Shown here in pieces: positions 43,304 to 53,129 of a stretch of 58,873 nt of DNA. Positions within the stretch are counted from its first letter, which is position 1; each line of letters begins with the position of its first letter. The notes below the pieces were generated by a model. That model saw only the letters and a list, made by a program, of their open reading frames with translations, had not been told where the DNA came from and did no database searches. The DNA lies in the IMG/VR virus record IMGVR_UViG_3300043036_000281, positions 1 through 58,873 of that record. The stretch is one strand, 5' to 3'. Position numbers and translations under genes: made by a program. The stretch is from a virus. Taxonomy: Duplodnaviria; Caudoviricetes.

Positions 43304-46300
43304 GCTGCGTTCTCCTGCAGGGCTTCACCCAGGGTTCCGGCCCGTGCCGGGTAGATATGCTTCAACGCCCAAGGGAGCTCGTCGATCTTCAGCGCGCCGA
43401 GCTCTGGATTATTCTGCACCAGGACACGAATCGCCTGCTTGGCTTGTTTCGCGACAACGGTGGTAGTTCCAGAATAGCGGCTGTCGTGTTGCTGCTCCGA
43501 CACCGTAGCGAGCATTTCCAGCGCCTTGCGCGGCTGATCCTTCCAGTGGTCGAGCACCATTGCCGCCGCCAGGTCCTGATGGCCTGAGACACTGGCACGC
43601 TCGATCAGCGAACTGATCAATGGCAGATCCGCATTGAGAATCTGATGGTCCGCCTTCTGGTCACCGCCGGTGGCGTATTTGCTCACCTGGCCCAACAGAT
43701 CGACGCGCTTCGCTTGGGCGTACAGGGTCGCGATGGCACGTTTCGGCATGGTCACCTTCGGCGTGCCGTACCCAGCGACCTGCGCCAGGGGTTTCAGCGC
43801 CTGGTAGGCTTCGGCCAGTGTCTTGGCGTGACGCCCTTCAGTGATGGCCGACTGCGCCACACGGCGCATGGCTTCCGCCTCGAACTCGCTACCGAACAGC
43901 TTTTTGCCGACCTCGCCCCATGGGTTTGTGTACCAGTCCCAACCGCCGTCGTACTTCTGCCGAAACACGTAGCTGCCGCCCGAGCTGTTCTTGCGCCCGT
44001 TCGACTGCCAGTCCATGGAGAACTTCTTGCTGCGCTCGGCGCCGACGTAGGCATCAAGCACTTTCGCCCGGTGCTCATCGGTGGCCAACAGATAATCGTC
44101 CTCGCCCTTGTCGCTGTAATAGGTGACCACTTTCGGCACACCATCGGCGCCGAGCAAACCCACGCGGCCGTTCTGGAAGTCGCTGGGCATCTTGTACGCC
44201 TTGCGTGCTTCCTTCAGCTGGGCCTGGATCTGCGGGTAAAGCTTCTTCACGGTTTCGGCCGGCAACTGCGCCACCTGCGCCGGGGAGGTAATTGCGTTCT
44301 CGCCGGAGCTGACAGTCTCTTCAGCACGGCGCGCCATTTCGGTGGCTTCAACGGAATGGTCCAGCTTGCTGACGGACAAGTCGCTGCCGATATCGGACAG
44401 TTCCACGCCCATCGAGCGGGTACCAGCGTAGTGACGCAGACGCAGACGGCCGTCCTCAGGATTGACCCCGGTCACCACCCAATCACCACCCTCGCTGATT
44501 TTCGACTTCGGCCCCAGATGCAGCACGGTGTCCAGGGTAATCCCGGCGCCGGTATCCGGGTGCACGACCGCGGGAGCGTCACTGGTCAACAGATCCTTGG
44601 CGGTGAACCACTTCGAACTCGCCAGGTTGTTTTGCGCTTTCTCGATCTCGGCCGCCAGTTTGATCGCGCTGCGACCACCTTTGCCGGCCAGCTTCGAATA
44701 GCTGCGCTTGAGCCCTTGCAGGCGAGTGAACTGCACGGCCACTTCGCGACGTTTCTCGCTGCCCTGGCGCTCGAGCGCAGCCGACTTGTTCTCGGCGAAC
44801 TGCTTGCGGGCTTCGTCCGGATCGGCGGCCAGCATGATCAGCATGTCCTCGCGCGCCAGGTTGTCCGGCCGGTTGTGGTTGGCGATCGTGTTGCCGCCGT
44901 TCCACAAATCGCCCTGCCAATCGCGCTTCGAGGCGACGGTCTGGTATTTGTAGCCGTCAAAGCTGCCCTTGGACAGGTAGGTGTGAATCCGCACCGCCTC
45001 GCTGATGTTGCCCTGGCGCAGACCTCGGCCGTTGCGCTGCTGGATGGACGCCGGCTCCCACGGCAGATCAAGGTGGTGGATGTCAGTGGTGCCCACCTGC
45101 AGGTTGATGCCCTCGCCCATGGTGGCCGTGTTGCCGATCACCACCTTGATTTTACCGGCGTTGAAATCGTCGGCAATGCGCTGGCGTTTCAGCGAGCTGT
45201 TCGCCACCTGGGCGTTAATGATCGCGATTTGGTTGCGCGGGATGCCACGCTTGACCAGCTCAGCGGCGATTTTCTCGTGGGAGGCGACGAAGTCAGAGAA
45301 CACGACTTGCCCGCCATCCTGGGCCCCGTTGGTGATTTCCTTGGCCGCGGCCTGGTACTTCGGCGAAACGTGGCCGGCATAGGCGACCGGATCCAACAGT
45401 TCCAGGTCCATCGATGCCTTCGACATCTTGTCCATGATGCTGAAGATATGCCCGTCGCCGGTAGCGTCGTCCTTCTTGGCCGACTCCTCAGCCAAGGCGC
45501 GCAGATCGACGTAAGCCGCTTTCTGCTGATCATCCATATCAACGGCGTGCATGCGGTCATCACGCGACGGCAGCACCAGGCCGACATCCTCAGCGGTGGT
45601 CCGGTGGATGTAGCGGCGCATGATCTCGCGCAATTCGTCCATGTTCTTGAAGCCGCTGGTCACCAACGACTCTTCGATCTCGCCGGTGGTGCTCAGGATG
45701 TTTTCCGTGGTGAACACACAGAAACGATCGAGGAAGTCTTCGCTGTTGCGGATCCCGATCTTTTCGAAGGCCTCCGGCGCGACGTAAGACAGCATGCTGT
45801 AGATTTCCAGCGGGCTGTTTTTGGTCGGCGTGGCCGTCAGGGTGAACACGTTCTTGCCGTCGTTGTTGTCGCGGATGTAGCGGGTTTTGAACGACATATC
45901 GAACGCGCGGTTCGACTGGCCCTGGCCACCGAGGAACTTCGGTGTTTCGCCGAAGCGGTTGCGCGCCGCGTACAGGTTCTTGTAGGCGTGGCCTTCATCC
46001 AGGATAAGCATGTCGACGCCCAGGTCCTCGAAGCTGATAGCGTCGGTGCGGTCCTGGAACTCTCGGCCGGCTACGGACTGCTCGTAGGCTTCTCGGACCT
46101 TCTTGATACGCTTGTCGCCCGCGTTACCCAGCTTTTCGCCGCGCTGCACCCAGAAGTCATCGGACAGGTAGTTGTTCTTCAGCTCCGGTGAGACGTCGAC
46201 CTCCTCGAACGCCGGCTGGCTGATCAGGATGAAGTCGTAATCGTTCTGGGTCATGTCGTGGTATTTGCGCTTGCGCTCGGCCACGGTGTCCTGCTTGCCG

Positions 46301-49248
46301 ATCAGCTTGCCGTCTTCATCGCGCGAATAGCTCTCGCCGATCGTCAGCACACGCGAACCCGGGAACCACTTTTCAGCCTCGGCATACCAGTTGGCCAGGA
46401 CCGATTTCGGCACCACGATCATCGGGCGATCAGCCTTCCCATCGGCCTTGGCCATCCTCGCCAGGATCAGGCCCCGCGCCGTCTTACCCAGACCGACGTC
46501 CGCGGCAATGATGCCCTTGCCGGCGTCCATCGCCCAGCGCAGGCCGGAATATTGGTACGTCTTCAGGCCTTCAGCATTCAGGCCGGGGATCTCGAACGGC
46601 GTTTCGGAATAGGTGCGCTCGGCAAAGCCGCGGAACTTGCGGTTGTACAGGTCTTCCAGTTCGTCACGGTGACCAGACGTCAGCGCCCAGGTTTTGAAGT
46701 CGCGATTCATCGCCTCGAGCGTGGCCTTGTCGTCTTTGCGCACGCCGGTACGGTTGAGGTAGGTGTCGAGCAGCTTGGTCTCGCCGTACTCGTTGCCCCC
46801 GCTCACGGTATAGATGCCGTCGGCATAGGTCACTTCGACCGGAGCAAGTTTCTTGGTCCACTCGTTGCCGTTGGCGTTCTTGTCGGTGAAGTACTCGCTG
46901 ATGATCGACAGCGGGATCCATGCCTGGTTGACGGCGATATCCACGTCATCGATCGAGGCCGGGTCAATCACCGCTTCCAACTGCTGCGCCTGCTGTTCGA
47001 ACTTGGCACGGTCGATCGGGCTTAGGTCGCCGTTCAGCGTGGCGGCCCGGGCGGCGTCCAACTTCGGCCACAACTCACCAGACAGGTAGGCGTCAGTGGT
47101 GGTCCAGTTACCATCGGGCAGCAAGGCGTAAGACTTCGAGGCGTACAGGTGGTCCAGCGCTTCATCAGCGTCACCCTTGCCCCAGCGTTCGGCCAGCTCG
47201 GCCGGAGTGAAGGTGCCGTGTTCCACAGCCAGGGCCTGGGCGGCGCCATCCAGCGTGCCTTCCTGCTTGCGTGTCGAGCCAGTCACCACGTCGGACAGCG
47301 AGCCGTCCGGCTTGATTGCGCCCACCAGGCGATACAGCTTCTTGTCGGCGCCGGCCGCAAGCATCAGGTCTTTGTTCTTCGACGGGATCCCGTAGGCTTC
47401 GACGTAGGCATTCACCGCCGCTTCCAGCGCCGGGCGATCGATTGCCTGCCCATTCATCAGCCGGTCAATGTCCTCAGCCAGCGGCAAGGCATCGGCCACC
47501 GACGGTTTCTGCATCAGGTCGTCCATGCGATTCCAGCGCGGAGGGTCACCCTGCAGGACATAGGTCACACCATCGACCACCTTGGTATCGCCGACGCGTG
47601 GTTCGGCATAGGCCTTTTTCCCAGCAGCCGATAGCGCGCGATCGCGGGCCTGGCCCTCAGGCAGCACCGCCAACACGTCATCCATGGTCGGACCAACTGC
47701 CACCGGCGCCGGCTTGAATGCGGCGATCGCCTCGGGCACGCCCTGCATTGAACCCTCGACGGTGATGTCGTTACCCATCCCAGCCTTGGCCCGCCAGCCT
47801 TCGGTCATGGTGCCCAGCACGTTTTCGGCGCCGCTCCCGGTGAAGTAGGACCCGGCCAGAAATTCATCATCCAACACGTCAAGCTGGCGCAGCTGATCGG
47901 CATTCAAAGTGCCCAGCGCCATCGCCACGTCATCCGGACGCTTGCGCAGGTACAGCACGTCGGTGGTCACGCCGGTGTGCGCGTGCTCGAACGCGGTGTT
48001 CGGCATGCGCTGGGCGCCGATGAATTCACCCTTGGTCAGGATGGTTTGGCGGAAAGCCCGGCCGGTTTTCGAGTCCATCACGCCCGACGGCAAGATCAGG
48101 GCGACCACGCCACCGGCCTTGGTCTTGTCGAGCGCGGTGTCGATGAAGTATTGCTCGGCGGTGGCCAGGTGCGGTTTGTCGTCCTTGATCAGCGCACCGC
48201 GCAGACCGAACGGCGGGTTGCCAATGACGGCGTCGAACTGCCGATCGTCCTGCGTCGCGAAGCGCTCGAGACTGGCGTTGTTGATCTCGTGGTCAGCGCC
48301 GTGCAGCGCTCGGGCAATCCTGGAACTGATCCCGTCCAGTTCGACGCCCACCACTTTGACGCCATCCGGCGCCGTGTGCATGAACACGCCGGTCGCGGCC
48401 GACGGCTCGAGCACGACAGAACCCTCAGGAAGGCCCAGGTCATGCAACACCTTCCACATGCCAGCGGCCACGCGGGTATCGGTGTAGAACTCGTTGAGGC
48501 TGTCGCCCACGCCGCCGTTGCCGCTGTACTGACTCAGGGTTTTGCGCTCGTCGTCATTGAACGGGCCACCGCGATTGATCAGCGATCGGGCCTCGCCATT
48601 GATGCGGATCCGCTCGCCCTTGGTCACGCCAGCGCTCACGCCGAACGGTGCAATAGAAGAAGGGGAAAAATCGCCGTCGTAATTGATGCCTGGCCGATGG
48701 GTTTTCTGGGCTTCAGTTGTCAACTCAGGGTTGACCACTGGCGCAACTGGCAAGGATTGCTTGACGGTTGCCCGCGGATGGATCTCGAAACGCCGACCGA
48801 CCGCGATCACTTCATGCGTGTCGGACAGCTTCTTTTTGTCGATCCAGGCGTCTGCTTTCTCCTGGCTGCCAAACCACTTTACGTCGTTCGATGCTGCGGG
48901 AGCAGGATCGGGGGTTTTTACCTCCGGCGCCTTTGTTTCCGTGGCTTCCACTGTGGGAGCGAACAGGTCCGCTTGAGCAGCTCGGGCCGGTGGCGCGCTG
49001 TCGAACAAATCGCGCGTCTGCCCGATAACCACCGGCTCATCATGGGCGGCGAATAGATCAGGTGTATGCGGGCGCGGTGCGGAGGTAATGCGGCCTTTCA
49101 GCGGCACAGTCGGGCGCTTCTTCACCACACGCATATGCGCATGGACCATGGTCCCGTCCTTGCGGACATGCGGCGCTACCAGCGTCGGACTGGCGAATAG
49201 GCCAAGCTGCTGGGCTTTGAGAAGGTCTTTGAACAGAATAAGCAGCAT
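43300..49248 (-). CDS. DarB-like N6-adenine methyltransferase plus SNF2 helicase (1982 aa)
   Basis: LEPSAATG and NPPF (gamma MTase); DVGLGKT, DEGH, TATP..N, GEGINLQ, QRNGRGLRQG. Confidence 0.9.
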   Translation of the reverse strand: MLLILFKDLLKAQQLGLFASPTLVAPHVRKDGTMVHAHMRVVKKRPTVPLKGRITSAPRPHTPDLFAAHDEPVVIGQTRDLFDSAPPARAAQADLFAPTVEATETKAPEVKTPDPAPAASNDVKWFGSQEKADAWIDKKKLSDTHEVIAVGRRFEIHPRATVKQSLPVAPVVNPELTTEAQKTHRPGINYDGDFSPSSIAPFGVSAGVTKGERIRINGEARSLINRGGPFNDDERKTLSQYSGNGGVGDSLNEFYTDTRVAAGMWKVLHDLGLPEGSVVLEPSAATGVFMHTAPDGVKVVGVELDGISSRIARALHGADHEINNASLERFATQDDRQFDAVIGNPPFGLRGALIKDDKPHLATAEQYFIDTALDKTKAGGVVALILPSGVMDSKTGRAFRQTILTKGEFIGAQRMPNTAFEHAHTGVTTDVLYLRKRPDDVAMALGTLNADQLRQLDVLDDEFLAGSYFTGSGAENVLGTMTEGWRAKAGMGNDITVEGSMQGVPEAIAAFKPAPVAVGPTMDDVLAVLPEGQARDRALSAAGKKAYAEPRVGDTKVVDGVTYVLQGDPPRWNRMDDLMQKPSVADALPLAEDIDRLMNGQAIDRPALEAAVNAYVEAYGIPSKNKDLMLAAGADKKLYRLVGAIKPDGSLSDVVTGSTRKQEGTLDGAAQALAVEHGTFTPAELAERWGKGDADEALDHLYASKSYALLPDGNWTTTDAYLSGELWPKLDAARAATLNGDLSPIDRAKFEQQAQQLEAVIDPASIDDVDIAVNQAWIPLSIISEYFTDKNANGNEWTKKLAPVEVTYADGIYTVSGGNEYGETKLLDTYLNRTGVRKDDKATLEAMNRDFKTWALTSGHRDELEDLYNRKFRGFAERTYSETPFEIPGLNAEGLKTYQYSGLRWAMDAGKGIIAADVGLGKTARGLILARMAKADGKADRPMIVVPKSVLANWYAEAEKWFPGSRVLTIGESYSRDEDGKLIGKQDTVAERKRKYHDMTQNDYDFILISQPAFEEVDVSPELKNNYLSDDFWVQRGEKLGNAGDKRIKKVREAYEQSVAGREFQDRTDAISFEDLGVDMLILDEGHAYKNLYAARNRFGETPKFLGGQGQSNRAFDMSFKTRYIRDNNDGKNVFTLTATPTKNSPLEIYSMLSYVAPEAFEKIGIRNSEDFLDRFCVFTTENILSTTGEIEESLVTSGFKNMDELREIMRRYIHRTTAEDVGLVLPSRDDRMHAVDMDDQQKAAYVDLRALAEESAKKDDATGDGHIFSIMDKMSKASMDLELLDPVAYAGHVSPKYQAAAKEITNGAQDGGQVVFSDFVASHEKIAAELVKRGIPRNQIAIINAQVANSSLKRQRIADDFNAGKIKVVIGNTATMGEGINLQVGTTDIHHLDLPWEPASIQQRNGRGLRQGNISEAVRIHTYLSKGSFDGYKYQTVASKRDWQGDLWNGGNTIANHNRPDNLAREDMLIMLAADPDEARKQFAENKSAALERQGSEKRREVAVQFTRLQGLKRSYSKLAGKGGRSAIKLAAEIEKAQNNLASSKWFTAKDLLTSDAPAVVHPDTGAGITLDTVLHLGPKSKISEGGDWVVTGVNPEDGRLRLRHYAGTRSMGVELSDIGSDLSVSKLDHSVEATEMARRAEETVSSGENAITSPAQVAQLPAETVKKLYPQIQAQLKEARKAYKMPSDFQNGRVGLLGADGVPKVVTYYSDKGEDDYLLATDEHRAKVLDAYVGAERSKKFSMDWQSNGRKNSSGGSYVFRQKYDGGWDWYTNPWGEVGKKLFGSEFEAEAMRRVAQSAITEGRHAKTLAEAYQALKPLAQVAGYGTPKVTMPKRAIATLYAQAKRVDLLGQVSKYATGGDQKADHQILNADLPLISSLIERASVSGHQDLAAAMVLDHWKDQPRKALEMLATVSEQQHDSRYSGTTTVVAKQAKQAIRVLVQNNPELGALKIDELPWALKHIYPARAGTLGEALQENAA

Positions 49249-49275
49249 GAGGGCACCAGTCCGATTTGTTGCGGG

Positions 49276-49291
49276 ATGGTGCCGTCACGAA
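49276..49291 (-). promoter_or_regulatory. Late-promoter-like motif
   Basis: TTCGTGAC-GG-CACCAT. Confidence 0.6.
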
Positions 49292-49300
49292 GGGGCTAGG

Positions 49301-50800
49301 TCAATCGCGGCGACAGATGATCAGCGCCTTGGTCATGTCAGGGTGAGTCGCATCGAAGCCGCCGTTATTGCCGATCGCCGACTTTGCTTGCTCAGGCCTG
49401 AAAGCGACCCACTGCTGCGGAATGCCGCCAAGCCCCTCGCGGGATTCTGGGATATTGCTCGCCTCGTCGCTCTCGGTAACGATACCGTCGTAGCCCTGCG
49501 CCTCCCACTTAGCGATCTGATCGGTGATGTACTCCCGGTCGTTGCCGGCCTTTTGTGCCAGGCGATTTCCTTCTAGTGCGGAAAGGCGAATCGGATTTTT
49601 TATCGAGAGATAGACCGGGCGAACGTTACCGCCGCCATCACCGCCAGGGGTTGCGCGGACTACAGCCTCCTCATACTCAGCGATCCGCTCGGCGGCAGAC
49701 TCTGACGTGTCAGCCTTTTGCACAACGACATGATCATTGTCAGAGGCATCAGCGGAAAAATCCGGCTCCAGATCATTGAACACCGTCCACTTGTTGCCCC
49801 CTTCATATCGGTAGGCCCGGTCATCAGTAGCTACGACTTCGCCAACTTGCGGGGATTCAAGCTCTGCCAGGCCATCATACGCATAACGCACATTTGCACC
49901 GTCGGACTTCCCACCGTCAGAGCCAATGGTGAACTTCCCGGTCATTCGACCACGTGCCATGGTAGCGCTGGCTCCGGTGTAGGCTCCGGCCTCTTGTGGG
50001 TGTTCAGTGAAATAGGCGCCAGGCAGGAACTCGGAGAAGTCGTTCGGTGTGCCGTGGTAAACCACCAGCGGCTTACCTTTGTCGTCGACCACCTTGCTAT
50101 CGCCAAACCAGCGCTTAAACGCCTCGGTGTCGGTGGCGTGTGGTTTTTTAGCTGGGGTTTGTTTGGCCTGGGCCACCACCTTGGTGCTGTACGCATCGAC
50201 GCGCACCACCTTGCCCGATTTCAGCGTGCGGGAGTGCGCCGCAACATGCGCCTTCACAAACAGCAGCGCCTTGATCATCTGCGGGGCATTTTTGGTCGCG
50301 TAGACCTTGGTCCTGAATTCCTCGATCGGCATGGCGATGATGCCGCCGAAGAACCGCGGGTCATCGTAGTGGTTGAGGTAGGCCTGTTTCGCCTCCTCCA
50401 TGCTGGCGAAGCCAATGAAGCACTTGTCCTCATCGAACTGATCCCACTTCTTGCGCTTCATCTGGCGGACGATGTAGACCTCGCGCGCGCCTTCGTCTGG
50501 GCCCACGTAGACGTCCACCGGGTCACCATCGACGCCGAGGCTGCCGGTGATCTCGCCATAGGCGTGGGCGAACTCAGTCCGCCAGGCCTTGCCGGTTTCG
50601 TCGACGCCTTCGCGGATGGTGCCGGCCGGGTTTTCAATCACCAGGTTGAAGCCGGCGAACTTGAGTTTGGTCGTATCGCCTTCGGCCTGGACGCTACCGC
50701 CAACGGAGCTCAGCGCTTCGACCTGCGCTGACGCCGGATTTCGGGCATGGCGATTCTGCATCAGGATTGCCCGAAAACCTTCTTTCATCCAATCAGTCAT
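49301..50800 (-). CDS. Polyvalent protein: inorganic-pyrophosphatase-like plus ADP-ribosyltransferase-like domain
   Basis: YG...G.DGDPVDVY, DEDK; FKRWFGDSKVVD..G.PLVVYHGT, YFT, VYL.IKNP, GYDGI, KSAIGN.G.FD. Confidence 0.75.
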   Translation of the reverse strand: MTDWMKEGFRAILMQNRHARNPASAQVEALSSVGGSVQAEGDTTKLKFAGFNLVIENPAGTIREGVDETGKAWRTEFAHAYGEITGSLGVDGDPVDVYVGPDEGAREVYIVRQMKRKKWDQFDEDKCFIGFASMEEAKQAYLNHYDDPRFFGGIIAMPIEEFRTKVYATKNAPQMIKALLFVKAHVAAHSRTLKSGKVVRVDAYSTKVVAQAKQTPAKKPHATDTEAFKRWFGDSKVVDDKGKPLVVYHGTPNDFSEFLPGAYFTEHPQEAGAYTGASATMARGRMTGKFTIGSDGGKSDGANVRYAYDGLAELESPQVGEVVATDDRAYRYEGGNKWTVFNDLEPDFSADASDNDHVVVQKADTSESAAERIAEYEEAVVRATPGGDGGGNVRPVYLSIKNPIRLSALEGNRLAQKAGNDREYITDQIAKWEAQGYDGIVTESDEASNIPESREGLGGIPQQWVAFRPEQAKSAIGNNGGFDATHPDMTKALIICRRD

Positions 50801-51962
50801 CCTTCTTGCGCTCCGGTGCCTTGAGTTTCTCGTCGAGCCAGGCGCTGAACTTCGCGTCACCGGCTTTCTCGCGTTGTTTGATGATGATCCAGATTCCCCG
50901 ACAGTGGGGATGCTGCACCCCGGCAGCGGGCCACCACAGCTCAGCGGCATTGCGCGGCATCAGCACACCGTTGACGCGCTTCATGGGCGAAGCGGACCGG
51001 CCGATGTTGGTTTTACCCACCCACACGTCCGTTTCCGGATTCTTGATCTTCTGCGCCGGGTCGACGACCTTGAACTCGTTGCCGTCGATCTTGCGACAGA
51101 ATGCGCACGCGCCCTGGTAACGTTCCTGGCGCCGGACCATGGTCCCCGGATCCAGCGCGGCGATAAACCCCTGGTTGGAGTTTTCCGACGCCTCAGTCAT
51201 GGCGATACGGCGCCAGTCGCGATTCAATGGACCGAATTCATCGAGCAGCTGCGTTTGCAGGCTGGACGCAGTCGCCGCGGAGTCGCCGATAAACTCGGCC
51301 TCTTGATGCGCCAGGATCACGCGCTTGATTCGGTGGCGAAGGCTGTCGGTCAGTCCGGTGATGTTCTCAGCACAGCGCGCCTGGCCGTAGTCCATGATCG
51401 CCCGCTGTGAGCGATTGAGCCCGAACATGGCCTCAGCCGCGACCGAGGTTTCCGGGATCTGGGGCAGCAGCACCGCCACCGCGCCGGCTTCGAGATCCGG
51501 CTTGGCTTCCTGCACCTTGCCCATGATTGTCGACTTGGTCGCCATCCATTCAGCCGCACTACGTGCGAACTCCGGCGGCAGATAGCGCTGAGCAATGTAG
51601 TCGACCAGCAGCGACCAGTCATCAATGCCGAACTGGGCAGGGGGAATCGACTCCAGGTAGAGTTTCGCCAATCGCAGCTCGTCGGGCGTCCACTTCAGAA
51701 TCCCACCAGCGAAGGCAGCCGGCACCTCGACGCCTGGTCGGAAGTGCTCACCCTTGATCCACTCGTCCAGCTCGGTCTGCACACCGTGAATCTGCAACAG
51801 GCCGCGTTGGGTAAAACGTTCGATCAGCTCACGGACAAATGGCGACTCATGCGGGCGCCAGGCACCATCGTCGCCACCTTCACCGATCGCCTTGTACATC
51901 GCCTCAATGCCATGGTCGAAAGCATGGTCTGGAACGCTTGAAACGTCGATAAACTGTGGCAT
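50793..51962 (-). CDS. MuF/SPP1 gp7-like head morphogenesis protein
   Basis: RRIA.TE, ACAFC, HPHCRG; AAAGGA RBS before ATG 51962. Confidence 0.75.
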   Translation of the reverse strand: MPQFIDVSSVPDHAFDHGIEAMYKAIGEGGDDGAWRPHESPFVRELIERFTQRGLLQIHGVQTELDEWIKGEHFRPGVEVPAAFAGGILKWTPDELRLAKLYLESIPPAQFGIDDWSLLVDYIAQRYLPPEFARSAAEWMATKSTIMGKVQEAKPDLEAGAVAVLLPQIPETSVAAEAMFGLNRSQRAIMDYGQARCAENITGLTDSLRHRIKRVILAHQEAEFIGDSAATASSLQTQLLDEFGPLNRDWRRIAMTEASENSNQGFIAALDPGTMVRRQERYQGACAFCRKIDGNEFKVVDPAQKIKNPETDVWVGKTNIGRSASPMKRVNGVLMPRNAAELWWPAAGVQHPHCRGIWIIIKQREKAGDAKFSAWLDEKLKAPERKKDD

Positions 51963-51988
51963 ACGAGTGTCCTTTGATTTCTCCAGGC

Positions 51989-52004
51989 ACCTTGGGGTCA
52001 CGAC
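51989..52004 (-). promoter_or_regulatory. Late-promoter-like motif
   Basis: GTCGTGAC-CC-CAAGGT. Confidence 0.6.
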
Positions 52005-52015
52005 ACATCAAACAA

Positions 52016-52044
52016 TTGCATTGTTGTTATGAGTGCAATATATT
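52016..52044 (+). promoter_or_regulatory. Sigma70-like early promoter
   Basis: TTGCAT-17 nt-TATATT; ATTGCA/TGCAAT inverted repeat overlaps it. Confidence 0.65.
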
Positions 52045-52072
52045 GGCATCAGAGACAGAAAAGGAACGCGCC

Positions 52073-52660
52073 ATGAACCCAGCTCAAAAGAAATACACCG
52101 TCGAGAATGCGATCGCGATCGCTTCCCGTGCGCACAGTGGCCAAACCCGGAAACAAAGCAGCACCCCTTACATTCTCCACCCAATGCAGGTCGCCACCCT
52201 GGTGATGCAGCATGGCGGTTCGCTCGAGCAAATCGCCGCCGCCTGGCTGCACGACGTGATCGAGGACTGCGGCGCCGATTACGCAATGATGATCGAATTC
52301 AGTTGCGGCAAGCATGTGCGGCGACTGGTCCAAGCCTGCAGCGACTGCATGCCGGCTACCGGCGAGGAAAAGGCGCCTTGGCAGGATCGGAAGAACTTCT
52401 ACATCGACGGGATCAAGAATCACCCGGGCGATACGCTACTGATCATCGCCTGCGACAAGCTGGCCAACATCACTGACAGCGTCGAAGGCTTGAAGCGGGG
52501 CGAGGACGTGATGAGCCTGTTCAACTGCACCCGGGACCAGACGCTCTGGTATTACTGCGCCGTGTTCAAACAACTTGAGCTGTACGGTGACGCCAAGGTC
52601 CAGGCCGTGGCTAAGCTGTTGGATGCGCAAATTCTGATGCTGGATGCACTGAGCGCCTGA
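52073..52660 (+). CDS. HD-domain small alarmone hydrolase (RelA/SpoT-HD, Mesh1-like)
   Basis: H.GQ.RK...PYI.HP, AAWLHDVIED, DKL.N. Confidence 0.85.
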   Translation: MNPAQKKYTVENAIAIASRAHSGQTRKQSSTPYILHPMQVATLVMQHGGSLEQIAAAWLHDVIEDCGADYAMMIEFSCGKHVRRLVQACSDCMPATGEEKAPWQDRKNFYIDGIKNHPGDTLLIIACDKLANITDSVEGLKRGEDVMSLFNCTRDQTLWYYCAVFKQLELYGDAKVQAVAKLLDAQILMLDALSA

Positions 52661-52689
52661 CACCCAGGCCGCCACGTAGAGGAAGACCA

Positions 52690-52920
52690 ATGAGACCAAT
52701 TCCGATATCTGCCGCCGAGCGCATAGCCAAGGACTACGGCTACGACCAGGTGATCATCATCGCTCGCAAAGTTGGAGACGCTCCAGATCCGCACGGCGAG
52801 CACTGCACTACCTACGGCGTCACCAAGGCCCATTGCGAGGTTGCTGCGCGGGCCGGCGACTTCTTGAAATACAAGGTGATGGGCTGGGCTAAAGCCGATG
52901 CAGCTGGTGGTGAGCAATGA
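52690..52920 (+). CDS. Hypothetical protein
   Basis: 76 aa; GAGGA RBS. Confidence 0.7.
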   Translation: MRPIPISAAERIAKDYGYDQVIIIARKVGDAPDPHGEHCTTYGVTKAHCEVAARAGDFLKYKVMGWAKADAAGGEQ

Positions 52921-53129
52921 TCCGCTGCTGCCGCGATCGCTGCGAGCCAGGAACCGAGTGCGGCTGCGCCGAGTGTTCCGCCAAGAAGTGGCCGCAATAC
53001 GCCAAGCAGACCGGCATCGAACAAATGGCCGCCATCTGCCCTGGCTGCCAGGGGAGCATGGTCTACCGCAATAACGTGCTGGTGCACTCAAGCCCACGAT
53101 CCACTTGCCCGGGAGTTATCAGGCGATGA
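52917..53129 (+). CDS. Cys-rich hypothetical protein
   Basis: ATGA-coupled at both ends; several CxxC pairs. Confidence 0.6.
   Translation: MIRCCRDRCEPGTECGCAECSAKKWPQYAKQTGIEQMAAICPGCQGSMVYRNNVLVHSSPRSTCPGVIRR

Noticed and set aside
22305-46191. Very long antisense ORFs (22305..24443, 28746..30158, 34487..36844, 43645..46191)
   Set aside because: They mirror well-supported minus-strand genes, have no motifs or RBS, and are expected from GC-rich codon bias.
4599-52001. Longest-ORF starts at 4599, 7483, 9738, 25653, 28026, 33399, 34300, 50950, 51956, 52001
   Set aside because: The extensions overlap neighbouring genes or promoters; downstream starts have an RBS, stop-start coupling or the late motif.
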